Shown: positions 38,412 to 48,816, numbered from the stretch's first letter. The stretch is DNA of 64,000 bases from an uncultured delta proteobacterium (GCA_963812015.1 CAWETI010000003.1:1184001-1248000), one strand, 5' to 3'. Made by a program: numbers and translations. The notes: a model not told the origin generated them from the letters alone.

Positions 38412-39051
38412 AAGGAACATCCCCATTCACAGGTTTACAGGGCTGTACTATCAGGCGAGGGGGTATATTCTCTCGACAAAATTGGTTATGCATGGACCCT
38501 TACCCTCATATTCAGGCCACCATTCTGTTTGCTAGGGTGATCCTCAAGTCCCCGGCCTGACCTATTACCGCAAATTATCTTTATAGTATACCGGAATAGG
38601 TCGCTTGGCCCAAGTGGCTGTACCCAGTTTTAAGTGAGAATGGGGTTCAAGTCAAGCCGGAGATCCTGGAGACGAAGGGTAGCCGGAGATCCCGAAATCT
38701 GCCGGCGGTTAGGGAGGCGGTGGGAGACCGGGCGGACGCGGGGAACGGCAAACGGCCACCAGAAAAGCACGACTGGCTGAGCCTCTGCCGAGCCGGGCCC
38801 AGTGGCTTGCTTTCTACCCAATCGCCCGGGTGGCTGAAAAAAACTTGTGTCCAGAAAATCAAATAGGGTAGAATGAAATCGATTTTTCAGGAAAACACCC
38901 CGTCAAAGAGGCTTTTCCCAGAGGCGCCGCAGTCAGCCGTCTTTGCAGTTAGATAAATTTTCCAGAGGGAAGTTAGACAAGAGGAGGGTGGAGAAACGAT
39001 AATGGCCTGGCGTAAAAAGGCCGCCATAGTATCTCAACAGTAAAGGATGAA

Positions 39052-40452
39052 ATGCCGCAGATGAAAATACTCTTCATAGCTTATGATAATGAATCTTTCC
39101 TGACCAGTTTTCCTCTCGGTATTGCGTATCTTGCTGCAGTATTACGGGAAAAAGGATGTGAGGTAAGCATCTATCCCCAAGATGTATACCACTTGCCGGA
39201 AACTCATCTCGTAGAATATCTAAAAAATAATCATTTTGATATCGTTGGGGTTGGTGTTATTGGTGGTTATTACCAGTATAAAAAATTGTTGAAGATTTCT
39301 ACGGCCATTAATTCTATCCCGAACCGGCGGTTTTTTTACCTGCTGGGAGGGCATGGGCCTTCGCCGGAGCCCGAATTCTTTCTGCGCCGGACTGGAGCCG
39401 ACGCGGTGGTCATGGGAGAAGGGGAAGTGGTCTTGGGCAATCTGGTAGATGCCTTGGAGGCCGGCGACAACCTCGCCAAGGTCAAGGGGGTAGCCTACCG
39501 GGATGGTGACCAGGTGGTGATCAACGAAAGGGAAAAACTCATCAAGGACGTTGATGCTTTAGCGTGGCCGGCCTGGGATCTGTTTCGCATGGATTATTAC
39601 ACCATGATGCGGGCTCCCGGGATCAGTCTGACGGAACGGAGCCAGATGGTCTTTACGGGCAGAGGCTGCCCCTTTACCTGTAACTTCTGCTACCGCATGG
39701 ACCCCGGCTTCCGGCCGCGTAGTTCGGAAAATATCATCGAAGAACTTAAGATTCTCCAAAAGGACTATCACGTCAATTTTTTTGAGTTTGAAGATGACTT
39801 GTTCATGATCAGCGAAAAACGGGTCCTTGATTTCTGTGAAAAACTGATGCGAGCGAATCTGGGGATTCGCTTCACCTGTAATGGCCGGTTGAATTATGCC
39901 ACTCGGGAGGTTTTAAGGACCATGAAAAGGGCCGGGTGCACATTCATTAATTATGGCATCGAAGCCCTGGATGATACGGTACTAGAAAATATGAATAAAA
40001 AGCTGACGGTGGCACAAATCGTTAAGGGGGTGGAGAATACTATCGCAGAAGGTCTACACCCCGGGCTGAACATTATTTGGGGCAATATTGGAGATAATGC
40101 CGCAACCCTGAGGAAAGGGGTGGATTTTATTATTAAATATACCACGTTTGGCCAATTCAGAACGATTCGGCCGGTTACTCCTTATCCCGGCTCGCCGCTC
40201 TATTATTACGCCATTGAGAAGGGGTTGCTGGAAGGCCCGGAAGATTTCTATGAACGTAAACATTTAAATTCAGACTTATTTTCGGTTAATTTTACCGAGC
40301 ACTCCGATGAGGAATGCTATCAGTTGCTGTACGACGCCAATAAAAGATTGGTTAATGACTATATCGATCATCAAAAGCAGTCCTATATGGAACAACTCCG
40401 AAAGCTCTATGTGGAGAAGGACACGTCATTTCGCGGTTTTCGCCAAACCTGA
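39052..40452 (+). CDS. B12-binding-domain radical SAM protein (class B methyltransferase-like)
   Basis: PLGIAYLAA, GGHGPS, GEGE cobalamin domain; GRGCPFTCNFC; YPGSPLY. Confidence 0.93.
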   Translation: MPQMKILFIAYDNESFLTSFPLGIAYLAAVLREKGCEVSIYPQDVYHLPETHLVEYLKNNHFDIVGVGVIGGYYQYKKLLKISTAINSIPNRRFFYLLGGHGPSPEPEFFLRRTGADAVVMGEGEVVLGNLVDALEAGDNLAKVKGVAYRDGDQVVINEREKLIKDVDALAWPAWDLFRMDYYTMMRAPGISLTERSQMVFTGRGCPFTCNFCYRMDPGFRPRSSENIIEELKILQKDYHVNFFEFEDDLFMISEKRVLDFCEKLMRANLGIRFTCNGRLNYATREVLRTMKRAGCTFINYGIEALDDTVLENMNKKLTVAQIVKGVENTIAEGLHPGLNIIWGNIGDNAATLRKGVDFIIKYTTFGQFRTIRPVTPYPGSPLYYYAIEKGLLEGPEDFYERKHLNSDLFSVNFTEHSDEECYQLLYDANKRLVNDYIDHQKQSYMEQLRKLYVEKDTSFRGFRQT

Positions 40453-40749
40453 TAATCAACACGCTAGTTGGGAAAGATTGTCTGATCAATGCCGTCTCCA
40501 AACGGCCCTTTGCAACTCATCAATCCATGATGAGATAAGCCCAGGTTCATGGCCTTGGGTAGGTTCTAGGCGCCCCGCCCCGTCAGGAGGGCCAGGAGGC
40601 TGACTTCGGGGTGGGAAAGCCGATTAACCCGGACTGGCTTCCAGATTATGCCAGGACAGGGCAAACGGCTCACGGCAAGAATAAACCGGGCGATGAGAGG
40701 GTGAATTTTTAAATTTTTCATATAAGTTTAGATAAAGAAAACTGAACAA

Positions 40750-42228
40750 TTGAAGTTTATGACCAATAATTATAAGAAAATAATAATAATAATTACATTA
40801 TTGCTCAATGTTTCTTTTTTTGTGTATTATACTGCAAACTCGGATATCAATCCATCAGCCGATGCATTTTATTATTTGGCTTTAGCGGATTCTTTTCATA
40901 ATGGCACAGGCTTTGCTGATATCACTAATGACCCACCTCAGCCAATTTATACTCCTCAAAATGGTATCGCTTTCATTCACATTTTATTGCAAGCCATCGG
41001 CTTGCATGGGGCCGACAGTAGGTTATTAGCAATAAAATTCATTAATTATCTGGGTTTTCTTCTATTAATATATATTTTTTATAACGTATTCAAACAACTC
41101 AAAGTTTCTTCAGAACTCACCTTCTTGTCACTAGGAATATTACTGTCGGGGGCTCATTTTTTTAAAACGATAAACCAGCCTTTAAACGAGGGTGTGTGGT
41201 GCGTATTGACCGCAATTGTTTTTTATTTAGCCATTTCAAACGAAAATAAAGAAAGTTATGCAAGGATAGCGGCAATTGCTTTATCGGGTATAGTTTTAGC
41301 AAATTTTCGTTTGAATGGTCCGGTAATAATATTAAGCATAGCTGTTACCTATGTGCTCTTAAAAAAATTTACTAAGTCATTGATATTTATTATCATCTTT
41401 ATAATATCATACGCAAGTATTTACATAATCCTGGCAATGCTTAAGGCTGATTACAGTGGGTTTCAAAGATTTTCTTCGGTTTATTCTTATAATTTCATTT
41501 TTAATCGACCGCTGATGAGTTTGATTTATACAGTACCGGGCGTTTTTTTAGGTATTACTGGCAGCAACTACATGACCTTGTTTTTTACGCCACCGCGTGA
41601 ATCTTTGGCTGTTACTGGCAAGTGGTTAGTTACTCTTCCTTTCTCGCTCCTTTTATTTCTATTTTACGGCCTTTATCTTCAAAAATATCTTAAATTAAAA
41701 AGTTTTGCAAATCTTCTTATTCTCTGTTACTTAATACTTTTGTTGATTATTTTACAAATAATGCCGGGGGGTGATTCACGTTATATTATAATGATATTGC
41801 CATTTACGTTATTGGCCATTACAACCTATTTTAATGATAGTCGAAAACTTAGATTTTTTTTAGGAATAATTCTAATATTTACAATTTCTGTTAGTATGTA
41901 TAGGTTAATCTGGTTGGACGGCATCTATTTCATTAATAATAAGTCATATGTAAATATAAAGAATCAAATAAGTGAGCCATACATGTTAATCAGTGAGTCA
42001 TCTAGTTATTCTTATTATATTTTTAATAAAGGAAATCATAATGTCAAAGATATAAATACTAAAACAAAGCATATTGTGGTATTTGGTAGGAATAAATTTT
42101 CCGAAAATATAATAAAGTATATACATGATAAATTCGGGATCGATCATATTGAGTATCTTGATGATAAAATTATTACGGGCCGTGGTCCGGAGGAAATATA
42201 CCGGACTATTAAAGTAATCACTAAATAA
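40750..42228 (+). CDS. Multi-pass membrane protein, probable GT-C (ArnT/PMT-like) glycosyltransferase
   Basis: 492 aa, very AT-rich, about 11-12 TM segments; first loop SADAFYYLALADSFHNGTGF, PLNEG, RLNG, DSRYI typical of GT-C; Wzy not excluded. Confidence 0.6.
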   Translation: MKFMTNNYKKIIIIITLLLNVSFFVYYTANSDINPSADAFYYLALADSFHNGTGFADITNDPPQPIYTPQNGIAFIHILLQAIGLHGADSRLLAIKFINYLGFLLLIYIFYNVFKQLKVSSELTFLSLGILLSGAHFFKTINQPLNEGVWCVLTAIVFYLAISNENKESYARIAAIALSGIVLANFRLNGPVIILSIAVTYVLLKKFTKSLIFIIIFIISYASIYIILAMLKADYSGFQRFSSVYSYNFIFNRPLMSLIYTVPGVFLGITGSNYMTLFFTPPRESLAVTGKWLVTLPFSLLLFLFYGLYLQKYLKLKSFANLLILCYLILLLIILQIMPGGDSRYIIMILPFTLLAITTYFNDSRKLRFFLGIILIFTISVSMYRLIWLDGIYFINNKSYVNIKNQISEPYMLISESSSYSYYIFNKGNHNVKDINTKTKHIVVFGRNKFSENIIKYIHDKFGIDHIEYLDDKIITGRGPEEIYRTIKVITK

Positions 42229-42389
42229 TTTCGGTGCTTATTAAAGCTATAAGTAATGCATGGCGCGTTAGATCTTGCTGGTATTGCGGATCTGGGGTTG
42301 TCCGGTGTTCCCCAAAAGGCATCTGCAAGGGTGGGGCGTCGTTGGGGAGCGTCGATTATGGAGTTTTTTGGGTATTACTGGTAGTAAAT

Positions 42390-42688
42390 ACATGATGGCG
42401 TAGCCCGGGTGGCGGGTGGTACGACTGTCGATGGCCGAGGAACGCCCCGTGCCACAGCTCCCGGAGAGCTCGATTAACCATTTGCCGGATCGGCCTGAGG
42501 GGATGATCCTGGGGCACTCGAGCTTCGGGGGAAAGGTAGCTGAACATGGCTTGCTGCTACACATCGTCACCGCGCATAATCGCTGCCTCCAGATATCATA
42601 TTGTAATCATTGACTATAACACCTTGTGAGGCTTACAAACAGCGATTTTTTAAGGTTCTTAAGGATGAGTTTTTAAACATCCTGCTAG
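42390..42688 (-). mobile_element. IS5-family relic with internally deleted transposase
   Basis: CTAG followed by the IR-like CAGGATGTTTAAAAACTC; MRGDDV*QQAMFSYLSPEARVPQDHPLRPIR N-terminus joined directly to SAIDSRTTRHPGYAI from the C-terminal region. Confidence 0.8.
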
Positions 42689-42751
42689 TGTCGCGTTCAA
42701 CGGGCTAGGCATTCCCGATATTCAGGGAAAGGGCTTTTTCCGAGAGATTTG

Positions 42752-42760
42752 TGCTATAAT
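42752..42760 (+). promoter_or_regulatory. Extended -10 promoter candidate for the 42969 operon
   Basis: TGCTATAAT about 210 nt upstream of the first gene. Confidence 0.4.
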
Positions 42761-42968
42761 GGGGCAGCGATTAGGGTCGGCCTTAAGAACCGATGCAGAC
42801 TTTCCCCGGGCTCAGACTCCCCAAAGCTAATTTTTGGACAGAGGCCATCAAGCTGCGCATAATTTTTTGAATAATATACGCTCCTGTAATGGAGCAGTCT
42901 GCAGCGTCCCATTACTCAGGGGCAGATTCTGCCTTGAAGCAGTTTGAAGGGTTACATTCGATTATTCT

Positions 42969-43967
42969 ATGCGGCCTTCAACTAATCATCCTCTGTTTGA
43001 TCGAACTCGCCTGGAACTCTCACCTCTGGCGGAGAGAATCCATGATTTGGACATCAGTAGCATAAGAGAGGTCAAGGCGGTTCCCAGGGAAAATATTCCC
43101 CGGGAACTTACCCGGGTGGCCCAACGTATGGTCCAGGCCCGCCGGCAAGGCCGGGCCATTATTTTTATGCTGGGCGCTCATGTCTTGCGCGCCGGAGTGC
43201 AGCATTACCTCATTGATTTGATGGCTCGCCAATACGTTTCTTGCCTGGCGGGAAACGGGGCCTGCATGATCCACGACTTTGAGTTTGCCTTGCTTGGCGC
43301 TACTACTGAAAGCGTGGCAAGATACATCGTGGACGGGCGGTTCGGATTGTGGCTGGAGACGGGTTATCTCAACGATCTTATTAATGCTGCCTATCAGCAG
43401 AACCCCGCCTGCGGAATGGGTGAAACCGTAGGGAGAGCTATCCTGGAGGGAGATTACCCCTACAAGGACGTCAGCGTGTTTGCCGCCGCGGTCCGCTGGG
43501 GGGTGCCGGTGACGGTACATGTGGGCATCGGCTACGATATCATCCACGAACATCCCAATTGCAACGGCGCTGCCACAGGGCAGTTATCTTACAATGACTT
43601 TTTGCGCTTAGTCACCGTCGTGCAGGATTTGAAAAATGGGGTGGTGATGAACTTCGGGAGCGCGGTCATGGCGCCTGAAGTTTTTCTCAAGGCCCTGAGC
43701 ATGGCCAGGAACGTGGCCCGGCAGGAGGGAAGGGGGATCCGGAATTTTTGCTCCCTGGTATGTGATATCCGGGACCTGTCCGGGGATTTCACCCAGGAAC
43801 CTCCCAAGACTTCCCCCGCCTATTATTTTCGCCCGTGGAAAACCATGTTAGTCAGGGCCGTTCAAGAAGGTGGGGAAAGCTTTTATGTCCGGGGCTTACA
43901 CGACGAGACCATTCCGGCGTTATGGACGGCCATAGGCGAGGCCGAAACTCAAACGGGGGCAGGTTGA
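42969..43967 (+). CDS. Conserved hypothetical protein, deoxyhypusine-synthase-like fold
   Basis: MLGAHVLRAG, AGNGACMIHDFE, VHVGIGYDIIHEHP, NFGSAVMAPEVFLKALSMARN. Confidence 0.65.
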   Translation: MRPSTNHPLFDRTRLELSPLAERIHDLDISSIREVKAVPRENIPRELTRVAQRMVQARRQGRAIIFMLGAHVLRAGVQHYLIDLMARQYVSCLAGNGACMIHDFEFALLGATTESVARYIVDGRFGLWLETGYLNDLINAAYQQNPACGMGETVGRAILEGDYPYKDVSVFAAAVRWGVPVTVHVGIGYDIIHEHPNCNGAATGQLSYNDFLRLVTVVQDLKNGVVMNFGSAVMAPEVFLKALSMARNVARQEGRGIRNFCSLVCDIRDLSGDFTQEPPKTSPAYYFRPWKTMLVRAVQEGGESFYVRGLHDETIPALWTAIGEAETQTGAG

Positions 43968-44458
43968 CCAAGAAAAAAGTATTTTCTTTAGGGGAGCTAT
44001 CCCGTCGGATAGCGAAACTGAAGAAACAGGGCAAGACGATCGTCCACTGCCATGGCTGCTTCGATCTGATGCATCCCGGCCACATCAAATACCTCCAGGC
44101 CGCCAAGCAAATGGGGAATATCTTAGTGGTCACGTTATCTCCTGACAAATACGTGGACAAAGGCCTGGGAAGGCCGGTATTCTCTGAAAAACTGCGGGCC
44201 GAGTGCCTCGCAGCCCTGGAGTGCGTGGATTATGTGGCCATCAATGAGTGGCCCACAGCGGAGGAAACGCTGCGTCTCCTCCGGCCGGATTATTATGTCA
44301 AAGGGCAGGAATTCGAAAAGATAGAGGATAAAACCGGAAAGCTCCAACGGGAATTTCAGGTAGTCCACGAGGTGGGCGGTACAATGCGTTTTACCCATGA
44401 AATCGTCTTTTCTTCCACAGAACTGCTGAATAAATATTTTCTGGCCAAGGAAGGGTAA
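43964..44458 (+). CDS. Stand-alone HxGH nucleotidyltransferase (RfaE/HldE domain II-like)
   Basis: CHGCFDLMHPGHIKYL, VDKG-GRPVF, RPDYYVKG, FSST; TTG start overlaps the upstream TGA. Confidence 0.9.
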   Translation: MTKKKVFSLGELSRRIAKLKKQGKTIVHCHGCFDLMHPGHIKYLQAAKQMGNILVVTLSPDKYVDKGLGRPVFSEKLRAECLAALECVDYVAINEWPTAEETLRLLRPDYYVKGQEFEKIEDKTGKLQREFQVVHEVGGTMRFTHEIVFSSTELLNKYFLAKEG

Positions 44459-44471
44459 AAGAGGCCTCACC

Positions 44472-46025
44472 ATGCCTGGAAAGGATAAGATCCTTAGCAT
44501 CGTCGAGCTCGGCAACGTGGTGGCAAACCTGCAGAGACAAGGCAAGACGGTGGTCCAATCCCACGGCGTCTTCGACATCATTCATCCCGGCATCATCCAG
44601 CACCTCAGTGAGGCGGCTGCTCTGGGAGATTTGCTAGTGGTGACGATCATCAAGGACAAGGATGTGCGGCGGGGACCGGGGCGGCCGGTGTTCCCGGAAA
44701 GGCTGCGGGCCGAAAATGTCGCGGCCCTAGAATTAGTGGATTACGCCTGCGTGGTGGACGACGATATTCCCTTTGAATGCGTGAAAAGCCTTAACCCCGA
44801 TATTTTTGCCAAAGGGCAAGCTTATAAAGAACGGGATCGGAAGATCCACCGCAAGATCTTTAGGGAAGAACGGCAACTATATTTCGGGAAGAGCAAGCTT
44901 ATTGAAACCAAAAGTTTTTCCTTTAGCGCTTCGGAGATCATTAACCATCTGCTGGGAATTTATCCGGAGGAAACCCAACTTTTCTTGCACGACTTTGCCC
45001 AGAAATATTCTTTTGATGATATCGCCCGCAGGATCGATAGTCTCAGTGATCTCAAAGTGCTAATTATTGGAGATAGCATTATTGACGAATACCATTTTTG
45101 CAGTCCTATGGGTAAATCAGCCAAGGCGCAATTGGTGGTCAACCAATATTTGAGCCACGAGGTATACCCCGGAGGGGTCTTAGCTGTGGCGAACCATGTG
45201 GCGGCGGTATGTCAGGAAGTGACCCTGATAACGATGTTAGGCCAAGAAAATTCCCGGGAAGACTTTATAAGGGCGAACTTGAACCCTATTATCAAAGGAA
45301 AGTATTTTTATCGGGAGGACGGGCCTACAGTAATAAAAAAACGATATATAGATCGCTACAATAACCAGAAGTTATTTGAAATTAATTATATTAAAAACCA
45401 GAATATTAACGGAAAATCTGAAACCTCAATTATTGACGGCCTGAGGGAACAAATCCCACGGCACGATCTGGTGATGGTGGCTGATTTTGGCCACGGCCTG
45501 ATTACCCCACGGATGGTCCAGGCCATGGGGCAATACGCCCACCTGTTAGCCGTGAACACTCAGACTAATGCGGCCAACGTCGGCTTCAACATGATCACCA
45601 AGTATCGAAGTCCCAGGTTTGCGTGTCTATCCGAGGAGGAAGCGCGCCTGGCCATGCAGAATAAAATCGACGATATCAGCGTGGTAGCTAAAGGACTGGC
45701 CAAGACCCTGGGAACGGAAAGGCTCATTGTCACGTTAGGGAAAAAAGGTTCGTTAGGGGTGGACCGGCAAAACAACCTCCATTTTACTCCTATTTTTTCC
45801 CCCAAGGTGGTGGATACGGTGGGGGCCGGGGACGCGGTCTTTTCCTACGCCGGCCCCTGTTCCGCCAAAGGTGTGCCCTTGGACTTGACCGCGTTCGTGG
45901 GCAATGTGGTGGGCGCCCTTGCGGTTCAGATCATGGGCAACAAGGAAGCGGTGAAGAAATATGCCGTGCTGGAATTTATCAGCACCCTGCTAAAGCAAGG
46001 CAGTTCCAGACCAATTAACGGTTAG
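44472..46025 (+). CDS. Bifunctional nucleotidyltransferase-like/PfkB sugar kinase (HldE-like, reversed domain order)
   Basis: N-terminal HGVFDIIHPG...GRPVF; C-terminal IGDSIIDEY, DFGHG, NTQTN, VVDTVGAGDA (PfkB anion hole). Confidence 0.9.
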   Translation: MPGKDKILSIVELGNVVANLQRQGKTVVQSHGVFDIIHPGIIQHLSEAAALGDLLVVTIIKDKDVRRGPGRPVFPERLRAENVAALELVDYACVVDDDIPFECVKSLNPDIFAKGQAYKERDRKIHRKIFREERQLYFGKSKLIETKSFSFSASEIINHLLGIYPEETQLFLHDFAQKYSFDDIARRIDSLSDLKVLIIGDSIIDEYHFCSPMGKSAKAQLVVNQYLSHEVYPGGVLAVANHVAAVCQEVTLITMLGQENSREDFIRANLNPIIKGKYFYREDGPTVIKKRYIDRYNNQKLFEINYIKNQNINGKSETSIIDGLREQIPRHDLVMVADFGHGLITPRMVQAMGQYAHLLAVNTQTNAANVGFNMITKYRSPRFACLSEEEARLAMQNKIDDISVVAKGLAKTLGTERLIVTLGKKGSLGVDRQNNLHFTPIFSPKVVDTVGAGDAVFSYAGPCSAKGVPLDLTAFVGNVVGALAVQIMGNKEAVKKYAVLEFISTLLKQGSSRPING

Positions 46026-46097
46026 GGAAGGGGGATGGGGTTTACACCACCCCCGGAGAAGGCGTAAAGGGCTGGCCATGAAGCCGGGAGTGATAAG

Positions 46098-46685
46098 TTG
46101 AAGGACTTTGCCGATAGATATTACCACGATTTAAAAAGTCTCGTGGACGGTTTGATGGTCACGGACGCGCAGGGGAGCTCGCGGGAATTTTCTCAGGGGA
46201 TGGGGCAAGCAGCGGACTTGATTGTCGAGCGGACCAAAGCGGGTTACAAAATGCTCTTTATCGGCAATGGCGCCAGCGCTGCCATCTCCAGCCACATGGC
46301 CACGGACTTCTGGAAAAACGGGGGGATGAGGGCCTTGGCTTTCAATGACGGCGTCCTCCTGACTTGTTTGGGCAATGATTACGGTTACGAGCAGGTCTTT
46401 GCCAAACCTATCCAGATGTTTGCCGATCCTGGGGATGTGTTGATGGCGATTAGCAGTTCCGGCCAGTCGCCCAACATCCTCTTTGGGGTTCAGGCAGCCC
46501 GGCAAAAAGGCTGCCAGGTCATCACCCTGTCGGGCTTTAAGCCTGACAATCCCTTACGCTCCCTGGGGAATTATAATTTTTATGTGCCGGCCTCCACTTA
46601 CGGCGCGGTGGAGATTCTGCACCATTCCATCTGTCATTGCCTCTTGGACATGATCAATCAGAGAAAGCCGATAGAATCATCCTAA
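46098..46685 (+). CDS. SIS-domain phosphosugar isomerase, GmhA-like
   Basis: FIGNGASAAISSH, NDYGYEQVF, AISSSGQSPNI, TLSGF. Confidence 0.9.
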   Translation: MKDFADRYYHDLKSLVDGLMVTDAQGSSREFSQGMGQAADLIVERTKAGYKMLFIGNGASAAISSHMATDFWKNGGMRALAFNDGVLLTCLGNDYGYEQVFAKPIQMFADPGDVLMAISSSGQSPNILFGVQAARQKGCQVITLSGFKPDNPLRSLGNYNFYVPASTYGAVEILHHSICHCLLDMINQRKPIESS

Positions 46686-46703
46686 AGGGAAGAAGACCTA
46701 TAT

Positions 46704-47702
46704 ATGAGCAAAGCCAAAAAAGTCATGGTCACGGGCGGGGCTGGTTATGTTGGGGCGGTTTTGGCGCCCAAACTCCTGGCCCGAGGACACCAGGTCAAGG
46801 TTATTGACCTCTACATCTACGGTGCAGACGTCTTAAAGGCCGTCCAAGATAATCCTCGCCTCATCCAGGTGAGAGGAGACATTCGTGACCGGGGGTTGCT
46901 GGCCAGAGAGATTTCGGGGTATGACACGGTTATTCACCTCGCCTGTATTTCTAACGATCCCAGCTATGAACTGAATCCTACCCTCGGCAAGTCCATCAAT
47001 TACGACGCCTTTGTCGATCTGGTGGAAATAGCCAAGCAGGCGGGGGTCCGGCACTTTATCTACGCCTCCAGTTCCAGTGTTTACGGCATTAAAGATGAAC
47101 TCGAGGTAACCGAGGATCTGCCCCTCGCCCCGTTGACCGACTACTCCAAGTACAAGGCCAAGTGCGAAGAATACCTGGATGGGGCGGCCACGGACGATTT
47201 TATCGTCACCACTATCCGACCGGCGACGGTCTGTGGCTACTCGCCGCGGCAGCGCCTGGACCTGACCGTGAACATCCTGACAAATCATGCGGTTAACCGC
47301 GGGAAAATCACGGTATTCGGCGGAGAGCAGAGAAGACCCAACCTCCACATTGAGGACATGACGGATTTATACCTTTTCCTGCTCGGCCAACCGCCGGAGA
47401 AAATCCACCGGAAGATCTACAATGTCGGCTACCAGAATTACACCGTCCGTGAGCTCGCAGAAATGGTGCGGGACACCCTGAGCGGCGATATCGTCATCGA
47501 AACCACCCCCACGGATGATATCCGCTCCTATCACGTGTCCTCCCAAAAGATTAAGGAGGAGCTGGGCTTCGAGGCCAGGCACACCATCCAGGATGCCGTC
47601 CGGGACTTAAAGAGGGCATTCGTTGCGGGTCTTTTGCCCAATTCCATGGAGGACAGCCGGTACTATAATATCAAGACCATGATAGCCACCAATCTCCAAT
47701 GA
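46704..47702 (+). CDS. NAD-dependent epimerase/dehydratase
   Basis: VTGGAGYVG, HLACISNDPS, ASSSSVYG, YSKYK, RPATVCGYSPRQRLDL. Confidence 0.92.
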   Translation: MSKAKKVMVTGGAGYVGAVLAPKLLARGHQVKVIDLYIYGADVLKAVQDNPRLIQVRGDIRDRGLLAREISGYDTVIHLACISNDPSYELNPTLGKSINYDAFVDLVEIAKQAGVRHFIYASSSSVYGIKDELEVTEDLPLAPLTDYSKYKAKCEEYLDGAATDDFIVTTIRPATVCGYSPRQRLDLTVNILTNHAVNRGKITVFGGEQRRPNLHIEDMTDLYLFLLGQPPEKIHRKIYNVGYQNYTVRELAEMVRDTLSGDIVIETTPTDDIRSYHVSSQKIKEELGFEARHTIQDAVRDLKRAFVAGLLPNSMEDSRYYNIKTMIATNLQ

Positions 47703-47715
47703 AAGTGATCGCCCC

Positions 47716-48816
47716 ATGAGAGTTTCGTTCTCCTACTTAAAGGAACAATTTAAAGACCACCAGGTCTACCTGGACAAAATTTCAGAGGTCGTAACGACCG
47801 GCGATTACACCCTGGGCAAGGCGGTCACCGAATTTGAGCAGAGGTTCGCCGCCCTTTTGGGGGCGAAGTATGCCATCGGGGTAAACTCAGGCACGGATGC
47901 CTTGTTCCTTTCGCTTAAGGCCATGGGGGTGGGTCCCGGAGACGAAGTGATCACCACCCCCAACACCTTTATTGCCACCGTGGGGGCCATCGTCGCCTCG
48001 GGGGCCCGACCGGTGTTCGTTGACTGTAATGATGAATATGTCATTAATGCCGACCTCATCGAACCGGCCATCACCTCCAGGACCAGGGCCATCATGCCGG
48101 TGCATTACGCCGGCGTGGCGGCCGACATGGATAAGATCATGGCCATGGCCCACCAACACGGGCTGCCGGTCATCGAGGACGCCTGTCAGGCCATTTTGGG
48201 GGCCTTGCAGGGAAAATGCGCCGGGACCTTTGGTTTGACCGGGGCCTTTAGTCTCCACCCTTTAAAGAACCTCAACGTCTGGGGCGACTCAGGGGTGATC
48301 ATCACTGATAACGAGGAGATTCGGGATCGGCTGGTGTTGCTCCGCAACCACGGCCTGGTCAACCGGGATGAAGTAGCGTGCTTCGGGTATAATAGCCGGC
48401 TTGACACGATCCAGGCCGCGGTGGGCAACCACTTGATTCAAGAGATCCACTGGATCACCGAAACCAGGATTAAATGGGCTAATAGGTTAGACCAGGCCTT
48501 GTTCCAGCTCTCCGGCTGCATCACGGTGCCCCGAAGACGGCCTCACAAACGCTATGTCCACCACCTTTACATGGTGCAAGCCCGAGACCGGGACAAGTTG
48601 CTCGCCTTTCTGGAAAGCAACGGCATCGAGGCCAAGGTGCATTATCCCATGCCTTTGCATCTGCAAAAGTGCTCCGCCCATTTGGGTTATCAGGCAGGCG
48701 ACTTTCCCGTCACCGAGGCGCTGGCCCAATCGATTATCACCTTGCCGGCGCACCAGCATCTCAAGGAAGAGCATATCGACTATGTTATCGAAAAAATTCG
48801 GGAATTTTATTTGTAA
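47716..48816 (+). CDS. DegT-family aminotransferase
   Basis: GVNSGTDAL, EDACQA, SLHPLKNLNVWGDSG, GYNSRLDTIQA. Confidence 0.93.
   Translation: MRVSFSYLKEQFKDHQVYLDKISEVVTTGDYTLGKAVTEFEQRFAALLGAKYAIGVNSGTDALFLSLKAMGVGPGDEVITTPNTFIATVGAIVASGARPVFVDCNDEYVINADLIEPAITSRTRAIMPVHYAGVAADMDKIMAMAHQHGLPVIEDACQAILGALQGKCAGTFGLTGAFSLHPLKNLNVWGDSGVIITDNEEIRDRLVLLRNHGLVNRDEVACFGYNSRLDTIQAAVGNHLIQEIHWITETRIKWANRLDQALFQLSGCITVPRRRPHKRYVHHLYMVQARDRDKLLAFLESNGIEAKVHYPMPLHLQKCSAHLGYQAGDFPVTEALAQSIITLPAHQHLKEEHIDYVIEKIREFYL

Noticed and set aside
36807..38540. Long + strand ORFs (258 and 310 aa) opposite the C-methyltransferase and epimerase
   Set aside because: Antisense shadow ORFs
38655..38692. Direct repeat AGCCGGAGATCC x2 in the divergent intergenic region
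   Set aside because: Only two copies with a 14 nt spacer; not a CRISPR array and no other support
40572..40615. Imperfect hairpin after the B12 radical SAM gene, considered as a cobalamin riboswitch or terminator
   Set aside because: No B12-box and no T-run
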